32,000 bases of DNA from contig NC_009776.1 of the NCBI RefSeq assembly GCF_000017945.1, positions 750,001-782,000 of the forward strand, in the 5' to 3' direction. Origin of the DNA: Ignicoccus hospitalis KIN4/I (GTDB lineage Archaea > Thermoproteota > Thermoprotei_A > Sulfolobales > Ignicoccaceae). The notes beneath the pieces were generated by a model, which saw nothing but the letters and a program-made list of their open reading frames with translations, ran no database searches and was not told the DNA's origin. Positions 1 to 8,180 of this stretch are shown in pieces (positions within the stretch are counted from its first letter, which is position 1; each line of letters opens with the position of its first letter). The translations under genes were made by a program, and so were the position numbers.

Positions 1-2881
1 GCTAGTGGCCGCGTGGCCGATTAATTTGACCCTGACTTACGAGAACCCTGAAGCGGCGGCGAACCTTCAGCTGCCCTACCTCAAGGTCTCCTTAAGCGCT
101 GATTACGACCCGATATCCATGTCCTTGAGAAACGTGAGCGTTGCGGTGGACGCGGGGAGCGCCGAGGCGTCGAGGGCCGCTAAGGCGACTATAGTTTCGT
201 ACTTGAACGGGTGCGACCTAGCGCTCAAGGCCCCTCTGCTCGTGGTCTCCGAGTGTCTGTTGAACTCCGTGAAGGACATTATATCGATGTCACTGTTGAA
301 GTTTAGAGTCCTCGACTTGAGGGTCGGGAGCGACCTAACTGGGGTCGCCTACGCGAGCGAGGCCTCGGAAGTCACAGCCGTGGTTGCGGGAAAGGAGCTC
401 AAGGGCTTATCGCTCTACCGCGCAAAGGCCCTCGGGGGCGGACCGGAGGAGCGGGTAAGCGCGGCCCTCTCCGGCGACAAGGCCTACTTGCGCCTCGAAG
501 GGGCCTCCGGGCCCGCGGGGGCGCCCTCGCCTTACGCGCTAGCGCGGTGGCCCGGAGGGGCGGGCGTCATATCCTTGACTTCGGAGCCTTTGGTGGAGCC
601 CGTGATATCGGGTAACACGGTCTTCTTCAAACTGCCCATCGTGAGGTACTTCTTAGGTTTAGAGAAGGAGGGAGGGAGCTACTTCTACTACTTCGTCCCC
701 CCTAGGGACAGGGTGACCCTCCCCGCGGGCAACTTCAGCTTGACCTTGGGCGGCGCCGAGAGGGGGCGGGTCAAGGCCGCTTGCGCCTTGAACGTTGCGG
801 TCCTAGCTAAGGGGACTTACTCAATAGTTCTGAGGTCTCCGTCCTACGACGTTAAGGTAAGGGCCGTCCCCTTCTCATATGTGGCCGTGCCGACCCCTTG
901 TAACGGTTTGGCCGCCCTAAAGGTTAACGACTCCATTGCAATATTGAACCTAACAGAGGTCGCCAATAAGAACGTGGTCGTAGTGCCCGAGCCGGGCGCG
1001 TTGAGGCTGGTGAGGATAAATTCGACCGAGCCCTTCGAGGTGGTAGTAGGCAAGAGGGCGGTCTACTGTGACGCCAAATGTTATGCTCTGCTGCCGCCCC
1101 GCCAAGTGGCCTTACAAGCCGTGTCCGCGCTCAAGGGGACCACGACCTCGCTGATAATACCTCCTAGCGCGGAGGAGGTTGCGCTTTCGTTCCCGCCGGC
1201 GCCCCCCTCCAAGGGTTGCTTGGTCAAGCTGGTCTCCCCCTCGCCGGTTGAGGTAGAGGTCCAAGCGGGCCAAGCGGTCTTCAGCCTGCAAGTCACGAGG
1301 ACCCCGACTACCGTAGTCTTGCCTTGCGGCGAGGAGGTCAAGCTAAAGGTAGGTAGGTACGAGGCCCCGTTGAGGGCCTCCTCCGGCGAGTGGGTCTACT
1401 TGTGCCCCAGCCCCTATGCGCTCTCCGGCGAGAGCATCAAGATAAACACGACTATGAGACCTCCGATAAGCGTGAGCTGTGACGGAGGTCTCACGTGGGC
1501 GCTGGTAAACAACAGCACGTTCACATTCGTCAAGCCGAAGTACGCCTACGTCCTCCTTAAGGCCGTGGACTCGAACGGAAACAGCTTAGAAGTCATTATA
1601 CCAGAAGGTATAAAGGAAGTTAGCTTGAAGCCCGAGGGCGGAGGGAGGCGGACGGTCAAAGTTCCGTTGGGCGACTTGGACACCCCGGTGAAGGTGATCC
1701 TAAGGGGTATCCAGGAGGGACTGGTGACCTTGAGCAACGGGACCGCGAGCTTGAGCTACTACGTCAACGGCACGGCTTACGTGATGATACCCCGTCAGTG
1801 GGCCTCCCAGAAGCTTACCTTCAGCGTGACTACCCCCGAGGGGGCGTTGGCCAACACTACCTTGCCCCCGTTGGCCGCGGGGGAGAAGGTCACTCCGATA
1901 TATGCTATAATAAACAAGACTATGAACGTTAACTACTACAGCTTGAGGGTAGTGGTGGAGAGGGGCGGGGAAGAGGTTACTGTCCCGCTGACAGTCAACG
2001 GGGAGAAGGTTATAGTGAACGGCAGCGCGACGTTCGTCGTGCCCACCGAAGTGGTGACCTTAGAGCTCGACGGCAAGGTGGTGAAGGCCCTCGCCAACGG
2101 AGGGACGCTCGTGCTCAGGCTGCCGCCCCAGACCTCCACGGAGCTGACGGTCCCGGTATCGGTGGAGCTGTACGAGAATTGGAAGCCGGCCGAGGGCCTG
2201 GTGGAGTTCCGCCTGAACAACTTGACGTTGACATACCCCGTGCGGGAGAAGGCGACCGTACTCTTGCCCCCAGACGCCTTAAACGCTACGATGAAGATGC
2301 TGGTGATCGAAAAGGACAGGTCGTGCGAGGTGGCGCTGCCGCCCTTGCTCACAGCGCTCAACAACGAACAAGTGATCTCAAGCATAGCGGCCCAGCCGGG
2401 CGACGGGACGTGTTACGTGTACAAGATAGTTGTATTGGAAAAGAGGGGCTACTTCGAGAGGTTAGCCAACGCGAACGTGACCGTGGACGGGAAGAAATTG
2501 GAGGTCAAGGGTTCCTTGATACTCGTCTACGACAAACCCGCGCTCGAGGTGAAGTTGGGCGGGCAGTCTTTGAGGGCCTCTGCGGGGGGTACGGTGTACT
2601 TGTACGTAAGGCCCGAGGAGCGGGTCGAGAGGAACGCCACCGTGACCGCGCCCTCGGTAGCGTTGAGCTTGGCGAACGTCACGGAGAGGTGGAACCCGGT
2701 GGGCGAGCTCCCGGGGATCCTGAGCTTGAGCGCTGGCATGTTACTGGCCTTGGGAGTGATGAACTCTGTGGAGCCCTCCACTCCGTTATACGCGGCGGCC
2801 TACGCGGTGGCGTCGTTGAGCTTCTTGCTGGGCCTCGTAACAGCTACTATGGTACTCTTGAAGTACTTCTCTACAGGATGA
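1..2881 (+). CDS. Large membrane-anchored, N-glycosylation-sequon-rich extracellular protein (S-layer or surface glycoprotein-like), probably 5'-truncated by the window edge
   Basis: The ORF is open to the window edge, with no in-frame stop before the GTG at 5. It has about 19 N-x-S/T sequons (NLT, NVS, NFS, NDS, NST, NTT, NGT, NKT, NGS, NAT, NVT) and a Val/Thr/Pro-rich composition. Two C-terminal hydrophobic helices are present (GILSLSAGMLLALGV and LYAAAYAVASLSFLLGLVTATMVLL). No enzymatic motif was seen. Confidence 0.7.
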   Translation, partial: LVAAWPINLTLTYENPEAAANLQLPYLKVSLSADYDPISMSLRNVSVAVDAGSAEASRAAKATIVSYLNGCDLALKAPLLVVSECLLNSVKDIISMSLLKFRVLDLRVGSDLTGVAYASEASEVTAVVAGKELKGLSLYRAKALGGGPEERVSAALSGDKAYLRLEGASGPAGAPSPYALARWPGGAGVISLTSEPLVEPVISGNTVFFKLPIVRYFLGLEKEGGSYFYYFVPPRDRVTLPAGNFSLTLGGAERGRVKAACALNVAVLAKGTYSIVLRSPSYDVKVRAVPFSYVAVPTPCNGLAALKVNDSIAILNLTEVANKNVVVVPEPGALRLVRINSTEPFEVVVGKRAVYCDAKCYALLPPRQVALQAVSALKGTTTSLIIPPSAEEVALSFPPAPPSKGCLVKLVSPSPVEVEVQAGQAVFSLQVTRTPTTVVLPCGEEVKLKVGRYEAPLRASSGEWVYLCPSPYALSGESIKINTTMRPPISVSCDGGLTWALVNNSTFTFVKPKYAYVLLKAVDSNGNSLEVIIPEGIKEVSLKPEGGGRRTVKVPLGDLDTPVKVILRGIQEGLVTLSNGTASLSYYVNGTAYVMIPRQWASQKLTFSVTTPEGALANTTLPPLAAGEKVTPIYAIINKTMNVNYYSLRVVVERGGEEVTVPLTVNGEKVIVNGSATFVVPTEVVTLELDGKVVKALANGGTLVLRLPPQTSTELTVPVSVELYENWKPAEGLVEFRLNNLTLTYPVREKATVLLPPDALNATMKMLVIEKDRSCEVALPPLLTALNNEQVISSIAAQPGDGTCYVYKIVVLEKRGYFERLANANVTVDGKKLEVKGSLILVYDKPALEVKLGGQSLRASAGGTVYLYVRPEERVERNATVTAPSVALSLANVTERWNPVGELPGILSLSAGMLLALGVMNSVEPSTPLYAAAYAVASLSFLLGLVTATMVLLKYFSTG

Positions 2882-3563
2882 GGCTTACCAAGTTCTGGAA
2901 GCTTTCCTCGTCCATCCTCCTCTTGTACTTCCTCACGGCTTCCAACAGTAAGGTTTTGTTTATTCCGAGCTTCTCCGAAATGAGCGAGGCTGGCGGGGAA
3001 GGCTTCAACAACAGTCCGGACACCAATGACGTCACGTTCGAGGGGCGCCGGGCCTTAGAGGCGCTGCCGTAGTCAATTATCTTGACCTCGTCCCCAACTA
3101 ACACGTGCTTCCAAGGCCTCGTCAGCTCCCCGTGGTCTATTCCCTTCTTGTCGAGCTCTCTGCCGGCGCTCAGCACCTTGAGGACAACTTCCCTTAGCTC
3201 TTCGACGTCCAAGGCGTCGAGGACATTTTCTATGCTGGGGAGGGGCACGTACTCCATTATTATGAAGTCTCTGTCGTAGTCGAACACCTTCGGCGCTATG
3301 GGCCACGCGTACCTCTGGAGCTCCGCCTCCCTAGTCATGTCAACGTTCACGTCGGTCCTCCTCACTTTCAAGGCTACCTTCCTCCCCTTCCACTCGGCTA
3401 GGAACACCACCCCCCTGAAGCCGGCGCCCAGAACCTTGAACCCCATGAGGTCCCTGGGCCCGAAGTTGTAAACCCACTCGACGCCCCTCTCCTCTAAGAC
3501 CTCTCCCAGCTCACACTCCCCCTTGGGAAAGCAGAGGGGCGCCTCTTTGGGACGAACCTTCAA
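2871..3563 (-). CDS. Small archaeal protein-kinase-like protein (RIO/COG2112-type predicted Ser/Thr kinase)
   Basis: It has a Gly-loop plus Lys (LGAGFRGVVFLAEWKGRKVALKV), a catalytic-loop-like IDHGELTRPWKHVLV and a DFG-like IIDYGSA. I placed the start at the TTG at 3563 because it forms a TTGA overlap with the cca stop. The ORF track extends to a GTG at 3602. Confidence 0.6.
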   Translation of the reverse strand: MKVRPKEAPLCFPKGECELGEVLEERGVEWVYNFGPRDLMGFKVLGAGFRGVVFLAEWKGRKVALKVRRTDVNVDMTREAELQRYAWPIAPKVFDYDRDFIIMEYVPLPSIENVLDALDVEELREVVLKVLSAGRELDKKGIDHGELTRPWKHVLVGDEVKIIDYGSASKARRPSNVTSLVSGLLLKPSPPASLISEKLGINKTLLLEAVRKYKRRMDEESFQNLVSLIL

Positions 3564-4870
3564 GACCAAGGCGGCCTCCCCGAGACGAACTCCGCCAGCC
3601 ACCTCTCTTCTGCGAGCTCAACCCTTTCTATTTTACTGTTCTCGAGGATTAAGCTTTTTGCCTTCAACTTCTTCAATATGTCGGCTATTGCGCTCTTAGC
3701 TTCGGTGTACTTCCTCTTCCTCCTCGCGAATAACCTCCCCTCGTCCACCCACCAAGACTCCTTGTCTCGGAGGAACCTCAAAGCGTGGGGGCTCCAAGCC
3801 GGCGGCCCCTTTGCTACCTCCCACTCGGGCAAGGAGTCTTGCAAGAACTCGAGCGCGATCTTCGCTGCGCTCCCGTCGCTCCACAGCGCGAACCTAGTTA
3901 CTTCGAACCCGAGCGACCTCAAGTTCTTTACCAAGGACTTGGCCACTCTCCTCAGCTCCCCCCAGACGGTCTCCGGAGGGGCGCGGAGCGCGGGGACCTC
4001 CACCACGTACGTCGGCAAGACGGGCCTCGCGGGGGCGGGCTTAGGGGGGAAGAAGAACTTCTTCGAGGGCTTGACCGAGTAGAGCTTGGAGGCTATTATG
4101 AAAGTCGAGTAAGCGTTCAAGCTTACGGCCGCCGCGGCGTTGCGCTTGGGGTCCGTGGGGTCCGGCACCACCAACGGGCCTTCGAACCTCTTCAAGGCCT
4201 CTTCCTTAGGCAGCGAGGTCTCGAGCACCGTAGGGGGCCTCCACTCCCGCGCCGCCGCCTCTATGACCCCTCTGAAGCCCTTGTAGTACGTCGCGAGCAC
4301 CTCGCACAAGAAGCCGGAGAACCCTTGAACAGCTATCTCCGCTCCGTAGACTCCTATCCCCTTCATAAAGGCCTTGAGCAGCCTCACCTCGTCCCTTATC
4401 CAGTCCCCCAAGGCCCTCACTTGTTGGAGGAACCACTCCGTGTGGAACGGGGTTCGGTCCACGGCGGTTATTGCCTCGCTGGCGCTCCTTACCTTAAAAG
4501 CTGGCACTATCTCTACCGGGACTCCTTTGATGACCGTCCTCACGTAGGGGTGCTCGGCGAACCTCACCTCGGGCTCGCCCAGCGCTCTGGCCGCTTCCAA
4601 GAGGGCCGGGAAGGCGACCTCCTTTATCCACTCCTTGTCCTTGGGCGGGAACAAAACGAAGACGTCCAGCTCCAAGGAGCCCCTGAGCCAAGTCCCCTTC
4701 CTCGCGCTCCCTTGTAGGGTCACCTCGCCCTCCAAGCCCCTCTTCTTCAAGACGTCCTCGAGGACGCTTTTCGTTTTAACGAACAGCTCGTCCCTCAGCC
4801 TCACCTCCTCTCGCGTAGGCCTAAGCTCCTCGAGGACCTCCCTCTCTACTTCGGAGCGGGAGGGGGTCAA
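3560..4870 (-). CDS. cca: CCA-adding enzyme (archaeal class I tRNA nucleotidyltransferase)
   Basis: The hallmark GSARKGTWLRGSLELDVFVLFP nucleotidyltransferase motif is present, and the 436-aa length is typical of archaeal Cca. The TTG start overlaps the thpR stop (TTGA at 4867-4870). Confidence 0.9.
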   Translation of the reverse strand: MTPSRSEVEREVLEELRPTREEVRLRDELFVKTKSVLEDVLKKRGLEGEVTLQGSARKGTWLRGSLELDVFVLFPPKDKEWIKEVAFPALLEAARALGEPEVRFAEHPYVRTVIKGVPVEIVPAFKVRSASEAITAVDRTPFHTEWFLQQVRALGDWIRDEVRLLKAFMKGIGVYGAEIAVQGFSGFLCEVLATYYKGFRGVIEAAAREWRPPTVLETSLPKEEALKRFEGPLVVPDPTDPKRNAAAAVSLNAYSTFIIASKLYSVKPSKKFFFPPKPAPARPVLPTYVVEVPALRAPPETVWGELRRVAKSLVKNLRSLGFEVTRFALWSDGSAAKIALEFLQDSLPEWEVAKGPPAWSPHALRFLRDKESWWVDEGRLFARRKRKYTEAKSAIADILKKLKAKSLILENSKIERVELAEERWLAEFVSGRPPWS

Positions 4871-5424
4871 GCCAGCTCTACCTCTCTCAACGTCTCGTAA
4901 ATTGGTCCCCTAGGCGTCAAGGTACTCTTCTTCAGCCTTATGCTCTTTACCTCGAGCTCTCCTAGCTCTACGTCCTTCATGTCGTTAATCCACTTCACCA
5001 GAGCTTCCCTACCCCTCCCGCTCCTAACCCTAGCTAAGGTCACGTGGGCGGTAAAGCCTTTGGTCTCGGGCTTAAAGCCCAACCTCCTCAGCTCCCTTTC
5101 TATCCTTTCGAATATCTTCCTCAGCTCCTCATCTCCCTCAACCCCGACCCACACGACCCTCGGCCTCTCGGGGCTGGGGAAGGCCCCAACTCCCCTGAGC
5201 TTGAGCTTGTGCGGCTTAACCTCTCTTACTGCGTCTCTCATTATCTTTTCTATTACATCTATGCTCTCCTCGGGTACGTTGCCCAAGAACCTTATAGTGA
5301 TGTGGAAGTTCTCCTTTTCTACGAGCTTCACGTCAGCTCCCGTGCTCTTTAAGGACTCCGCGAGCCTGGCTAGCTTCTCGCTCAATTCCCCCTCTATGTC
5401 CACCGCTATGAAGGCCCTCAGCAC
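4867..5424 (-). CDS. thpR: RNA 2',3'-cyclic phosphodiesterase (2H superfamily, LigT/ThpR)
   Basis: Two H-x-T/S motifs are present (FHITIRFLG and AHVTLARV). The N-terminus (LRAFIAVDI) and the 185-aa size are typical. The start codon is GTG. Confidence 0.85.
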   Translation of the reverse strand: MLRAFIAVDIEGELSEKLARLAESLKSTGADVKLVEKENFHITIRFLGNVPEESIDVIEKIMRDAVREVKPHKLKLRGVGAFPSPERPRVVWVGVEGDEELRKIFERIERELRRLGFKPETKGFTAHVTLARVRSGRGREALVKWINDMKDVELGELEVKSIRLKKSTLTPRGPIYETLREVELA

Positions 5425-5584
5425 GCTTCAGCTCCCCCAGGAGGTCTAGGGCCGAGCGTAAGAGCTGTAGCGCCCTGAAGGCGTTCAGCCTCCCGCTCCA
5501 GTGGGGAGGGGACCTCAGGTAGGCCCCCTCCACCTCTTCCATCGCCTTCAACAACACCTTCTCGATCACTCGTACTCTCTCCAT
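5333..5584 (-). CDS. Possible small helical protein filling the TFS-thpR gap (hypothetical)
   Basis: An internal ATG at 5584 of ORF 5333..5689 gives MERVRVIEKVLLKAMEEVEGAYLRSPPHWSGRLNAFRALQLLRSALDLLGELKR... The first 55 aa or so look protein-like and cover an otherwise empty 141-nt gap. The ORF then runs 92 nt into thpR in another frame, which weakens the call. Confidence 0.25.
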   Translation of the reverse strand: MERVRVIEKVLLKAMEEVEGAYLRSPPHWSGRLNAFRALQLLRSALDLLGELKRAEGLHSGGHRGGIEREASQARGVLKEHGS

Positions 5585-5919
5585 ACGTGCCCGCACCTCG
5601 TGCACTTGTAGAACCTCGTGGGCGGCTCGTCTCCGGCCCTCGTCTGTACGAACCAGTAGTACGCCTCGTCGTGGCCGCACTTGGGGCATATGACGTCTCT
5701 GGTCTTCGGGAGGGTCTCAACTTTTATATTGTTGTCAATTACAACTGTCTTCTCCTTTACACTGTGCCTTATCTTCTTTGCAGTCCTTAAGGTGCTCTGC
5801 GCCCCGGTAACCTCCATCTCGTAGCCACACCTCATACATTTCAATATAGTCTTGCCGCCCACCCTCCTGGCCACCATCAGCGAGCCGCACTTAGGGCAGA
5901 ACCTCAACTTCTCGACCAC
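5566..5919 (-). CDS. tfs: Transcription factor S (TFIIS/RpoM-like transcript cleavage factor)
   Basis: There is an N-terminal zinc ribbon (CPKCG...CMRCG) and a C-terminal zinc ribbon (CPKCGHDEAYYWFVQTRAGDEPPTRFYKCTRCGHVW) carrying the acidic DE loop. The protein is 117 aa with a GTG start. Confidence 0.9.
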   Translation of the reverse strand: MVEKLRFCPKCGSLMVARRVGGKTILKCMRCGYEMEVTGAQSTLRTAKKIRHSVKEKTVVIDNNIKVETLPKTRDVICPKCGHDEAYYWFVQTRAGDEPPTRFYKCTRCGHVWREYE

Positions 5920-5943
5920 CGGCTGCGGAACGACGCTCAGAGG

Positions 5944-5957
5944 TTTATTGCTTAAAC
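5944..5957 (-). promoter_or_regulatory. TATA-like element upstream of tfs (possibly shared with divergent thrS)
   Basis: On the minus strand, GTTTAAG-CAATAAA ends 25 nt upstream of the tfs GTG at 5919. That spacing fits a leaderless crenarchaeal promoter. It is the only A+T-rich block in the 5920-6025 intergenic region. Confidence 0.35.
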
Positions 5958-6025
5958 AGCGACGCAGCTTGAATAGCGCTCCGACGCCCTCGTGCGGGGG
6001 CTTGAGCGTGAATCAGAAGGATCAC

Positions 6026-7390
6026 ATGGACTACGCCGTCGAGCTTGACATAGCCGTCAAGCCCACCACGCCGGTCCCCAACTTGGGCGCGGAGTACGGC
6101 TACTACGTGGGCGCGGGGAACCCGCTGTTCAGCGTCGGCGGAGGGGTCTTGAGGACCGCGCTGAAGCACGTGTTGCACAAGTACCACGCGAGGAAGGGTT
6201 ACTACGTCGTCGAGACTCCTATAATAGCTAGGACTACCCTCTACGAGCTCACGGGTCACTTGAAGTTCTATAAGGAAAACATGTTCTTGTTGAACATAGA
6301 GGGCGACGAATACGCAATAAAGCCTATGAATTGTCCCTTTCACGTCCTCATATTCATGAACTTGTTGCAGAAGTACTCATCTAAGGTAAAACTACCGTTC
6401 AAGATATTCGAGACCGGGACTGTGCACCGCTACGAGATAGCGGGGGCCTTGAGGGGGCTGTTGAGGGTAAGGGCCTTCACCCAAGACGACGCCCACTTGT
6501 TCTCTCCCGAGGAGCACGTCGAGGCATCTCTAATGGAAGTTTTCGAAATGATGAAGGACGTGTACGAGAAACTCTTCTACATACCGGTTACCTCGGAGAC
6601 AGTGAAGCTAAGGCTAAGCCTTTCGGATAAGAGTAAGATAGGCGAGGAGTTCATGGGAGAACCAGAGATGTGGGAGTTCGCCGAAGAGAAGCTGTTCAAA
6701 GTGGCTGAGGAAGTGAAGAGGAAGTACGGAATAGAATTCTTCGCCGAAGAGGGCGAGGCGGCCTTCTACGGCCCCAAGCTCGACGTGGTGGTCTACGAAG
6801 AGGGAGGGAAGGAGTGGCAGATAGGCACTGCGCAGTTCGACTTCAACCTCCCAAAGCGCTTTAAACTACACGAACTGATTAAAGAGACGCACGGCCTTGA
6901 CGCGAACTTGTACATGATTCACAGGGCTCTGTTGGGCTCTCTCGAGAGGTTCTTGGGCATATACTTGGAGATGTTTAAGGGGAGGTTGCCCTTCTCGCTG
7001 GCTCCCTTACAGGTTTTGGTAATCGAGATAACTACGGGTAACGAGGAGGTTGACAAAAAGATAAAGGAGCTCAGCTCGAAAGTTGTGAACTCTTTAAAAG
7101 AAAACGAGATAAGGGTTGCAAGCTTAACTAGCACCAAGACGCACTTGTCGAGGGACGTGAGGAAGGTGGAGTCGACCGTGAAGCCGCCTCTGATCTTGTA
7201 CATAGGCGGGAGGGAGGCCGAGGAGAGCGCGGTGGTCGCCAGGCCCTACGACCACAACAAGAGGAGGAGGGAGCAAATGAAGTTGAAGGCTGACGAGGTC
7301 CTCAAGGTCATAGAGGAGATGGAGAGGGGAGTGGTGGAGCTGGCCGGGGCGCCGGTGAGGGTGCCCGCGGACCCCTCCTACATGGTGTAA
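6026..7390 (+). CDS. thrS: Threonyl-tRNA synthetase, catalytic plus anticodon-binding domains only (ThrRS-cat type, no N-terminal editing domain)
   Basis: Class II ThrRS Zn and active-site motifs are present: MNCPFH, QDDAHLF, MIHRALLGSLERF. The C-terminal anticodon-binding domain reads LQVLVIEI...ILYIGGREAE. I placed the start at the ATG at 6026. The TTG at 6002 and GTG at 6008 are alternatives, and the part of the ORF upstream of them overlaps tfs antisense. Confidence 0.85.
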   Translation: MDYAVELDIAVKPTTPVPNLGAEYGYYVGAGNPLFSVGGGVLRTALKHVLHKYHARKGYYVVETPIIARTTLYELTGHLKFYKENMFLLNIEGDEYAIKPMNCPFHVLIFMNLLQKYSSKVKLPFKIFETGTVHRYEIAGALRGLLRVRAFTQDDAHLFSPEEHVEASLMEVFEMMKDVYEKLFYIPVTSETVKLRLSLSDKSKIGEEFMGEPEMWEFAEEKLFKVAEEVKRKYGIEFFAEEGEAAFYGPKLDVVVYEEGGKEWQIGTAQFDFNLPKRFKLHELIKETHGLDANLYMIHRALLGSLERFLGIYLEMFKGRLPFSLAPLQVLVIEITTGNEEVDKKIKELSSKVVNSLKENEIRVASLTSTKTHLSRDVRKVESTVKPPLILYIGGREAEESAVVARPYDHNKRRREQMKLKADEVLKVIEEMERGVVELAGAPVRVPADPSYMV

Positions 7391-7432
7391 CTCTTTCTTA
7401 CCTCTCTTCGGAACGCCCCCGGGGCGAATTGG

Positions 7433-8170
7433 TTGAAGCTCACCTTCTTCGACGCCAGAGTATGGAAGTACGTGATCTCCGGGGTTTCTAAAGTAGTCAA
7501 AGAAACTGTAGCCCATGTGAACGAGGAGGGCTTCAGGATAAAAACTATGGACGAGTCTAAAGTGGTGCTAATAGACTTCATGATACCGTCCTCCAGCTTC
7601 GAGGTATTTGAGGTTGAGAGCGACGTCAGCTTCGGTATTAATATGGAGGACTTGGCCAAAGTTATGAGGAGGGCGACGAAGGAGGACAAGTTAAGCATAG
7701 AAGTGGGGGAGAACAGCTATTCTATAATCTTCGAGGGCCACGGCTTGAGGAAGTTCACCCTACCTCAGTTGGAGGTGTACGAGGAAGAGTTGCCCGAGGT
7801 GGACCTCGAGCTCCCCGCTAGGGTCGAGATAACCTCCGACTCTTACAGAGAGCTGGTAAAGGACCTCGAACCCATAGCCGACACAGTGACCTTTAACTTG
7901 GAGCCGGGAACCTTAAGGGTTGAGGCGACCAGCGACTTGGGCTACGCGGAAGTGATAATCTCGGAGGACTCCGGCGTACTCTTGGACTACCAAGTGCCGG
8001 AGAGCGTTAAGTCCTCCTACGGCCTCGAGTACTTGACGTACGTGAGCTCGGTGTCCCAAGTGGCGGACAAGGTCGCGCTGGAGATAGGCAACGACATGCC
8101 CCTCCGCGCAACCTTCGAGATAGGAGAGGGGGGCAAGCTTGTCTACTTACTCGCGCCGCGTGTCGAATAA
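7433..8170 (+). CDS. pcn: DNA polymerase sliding clamp (PCNA)
   Basis: The 245-aa length and the N-terminus FDARVWKYVISGVSKVVKETVAHVNEEGFRIKTMDESKVVLID are typical of archaeal PCNA. The C-terminal end LVYLLAPRVE also fits. The start codon is TTG. Confidence 0.85.
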   Translation: MKLTFFDARVWKYVISGVSKVVKETVAHVNEEGFRIKTMDESKVVLIDFMIPSSSFEVFEVESDVSFGINMEDLAKVMRRATKEDKLSIEVGENSYSIIFEGHGLRKFTLPQLEVYEEELPEVDLELPARVEITSDSYRELVKDLEPIADTVTFNLEPGTLRVEATSDLGYAEVIISEDSGVLLDYQVPESVKSSYGLEYLTYVSSVSQVADKVALEIGNDMPLRATFEIGEGGKLVYLLAPRVE

Positions 8171-8180
8171 GCTGCACTTA

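Noticed and set aside
3785-4717. 310-aa plus-strand ORF, with other long ORFs at 2179..3072, 20113..20667, 11536..12048, 5945..6343 and 7124..7516
   Set aside because: They lie antisense to, or out of frame with, strongly supported genes (cca, the surface protein, GH130-like, the aminotransferase, thrS). Their translations are Arg/Gly/Pro-rich low-complexity sequence, typical of open shadow frames in G+C-rich DNA.
5852-6025. N-terminal extension of the thrS ORF, and similarly 10870-11022 for the hydrolase and 8139-8180 for priS
   Set aside because: The extensions overlap neighbouring genes or promoter-like A+T-rich DNA, and they add non-homologous low-complexity residues. Internal starts give family-typical N-termini.
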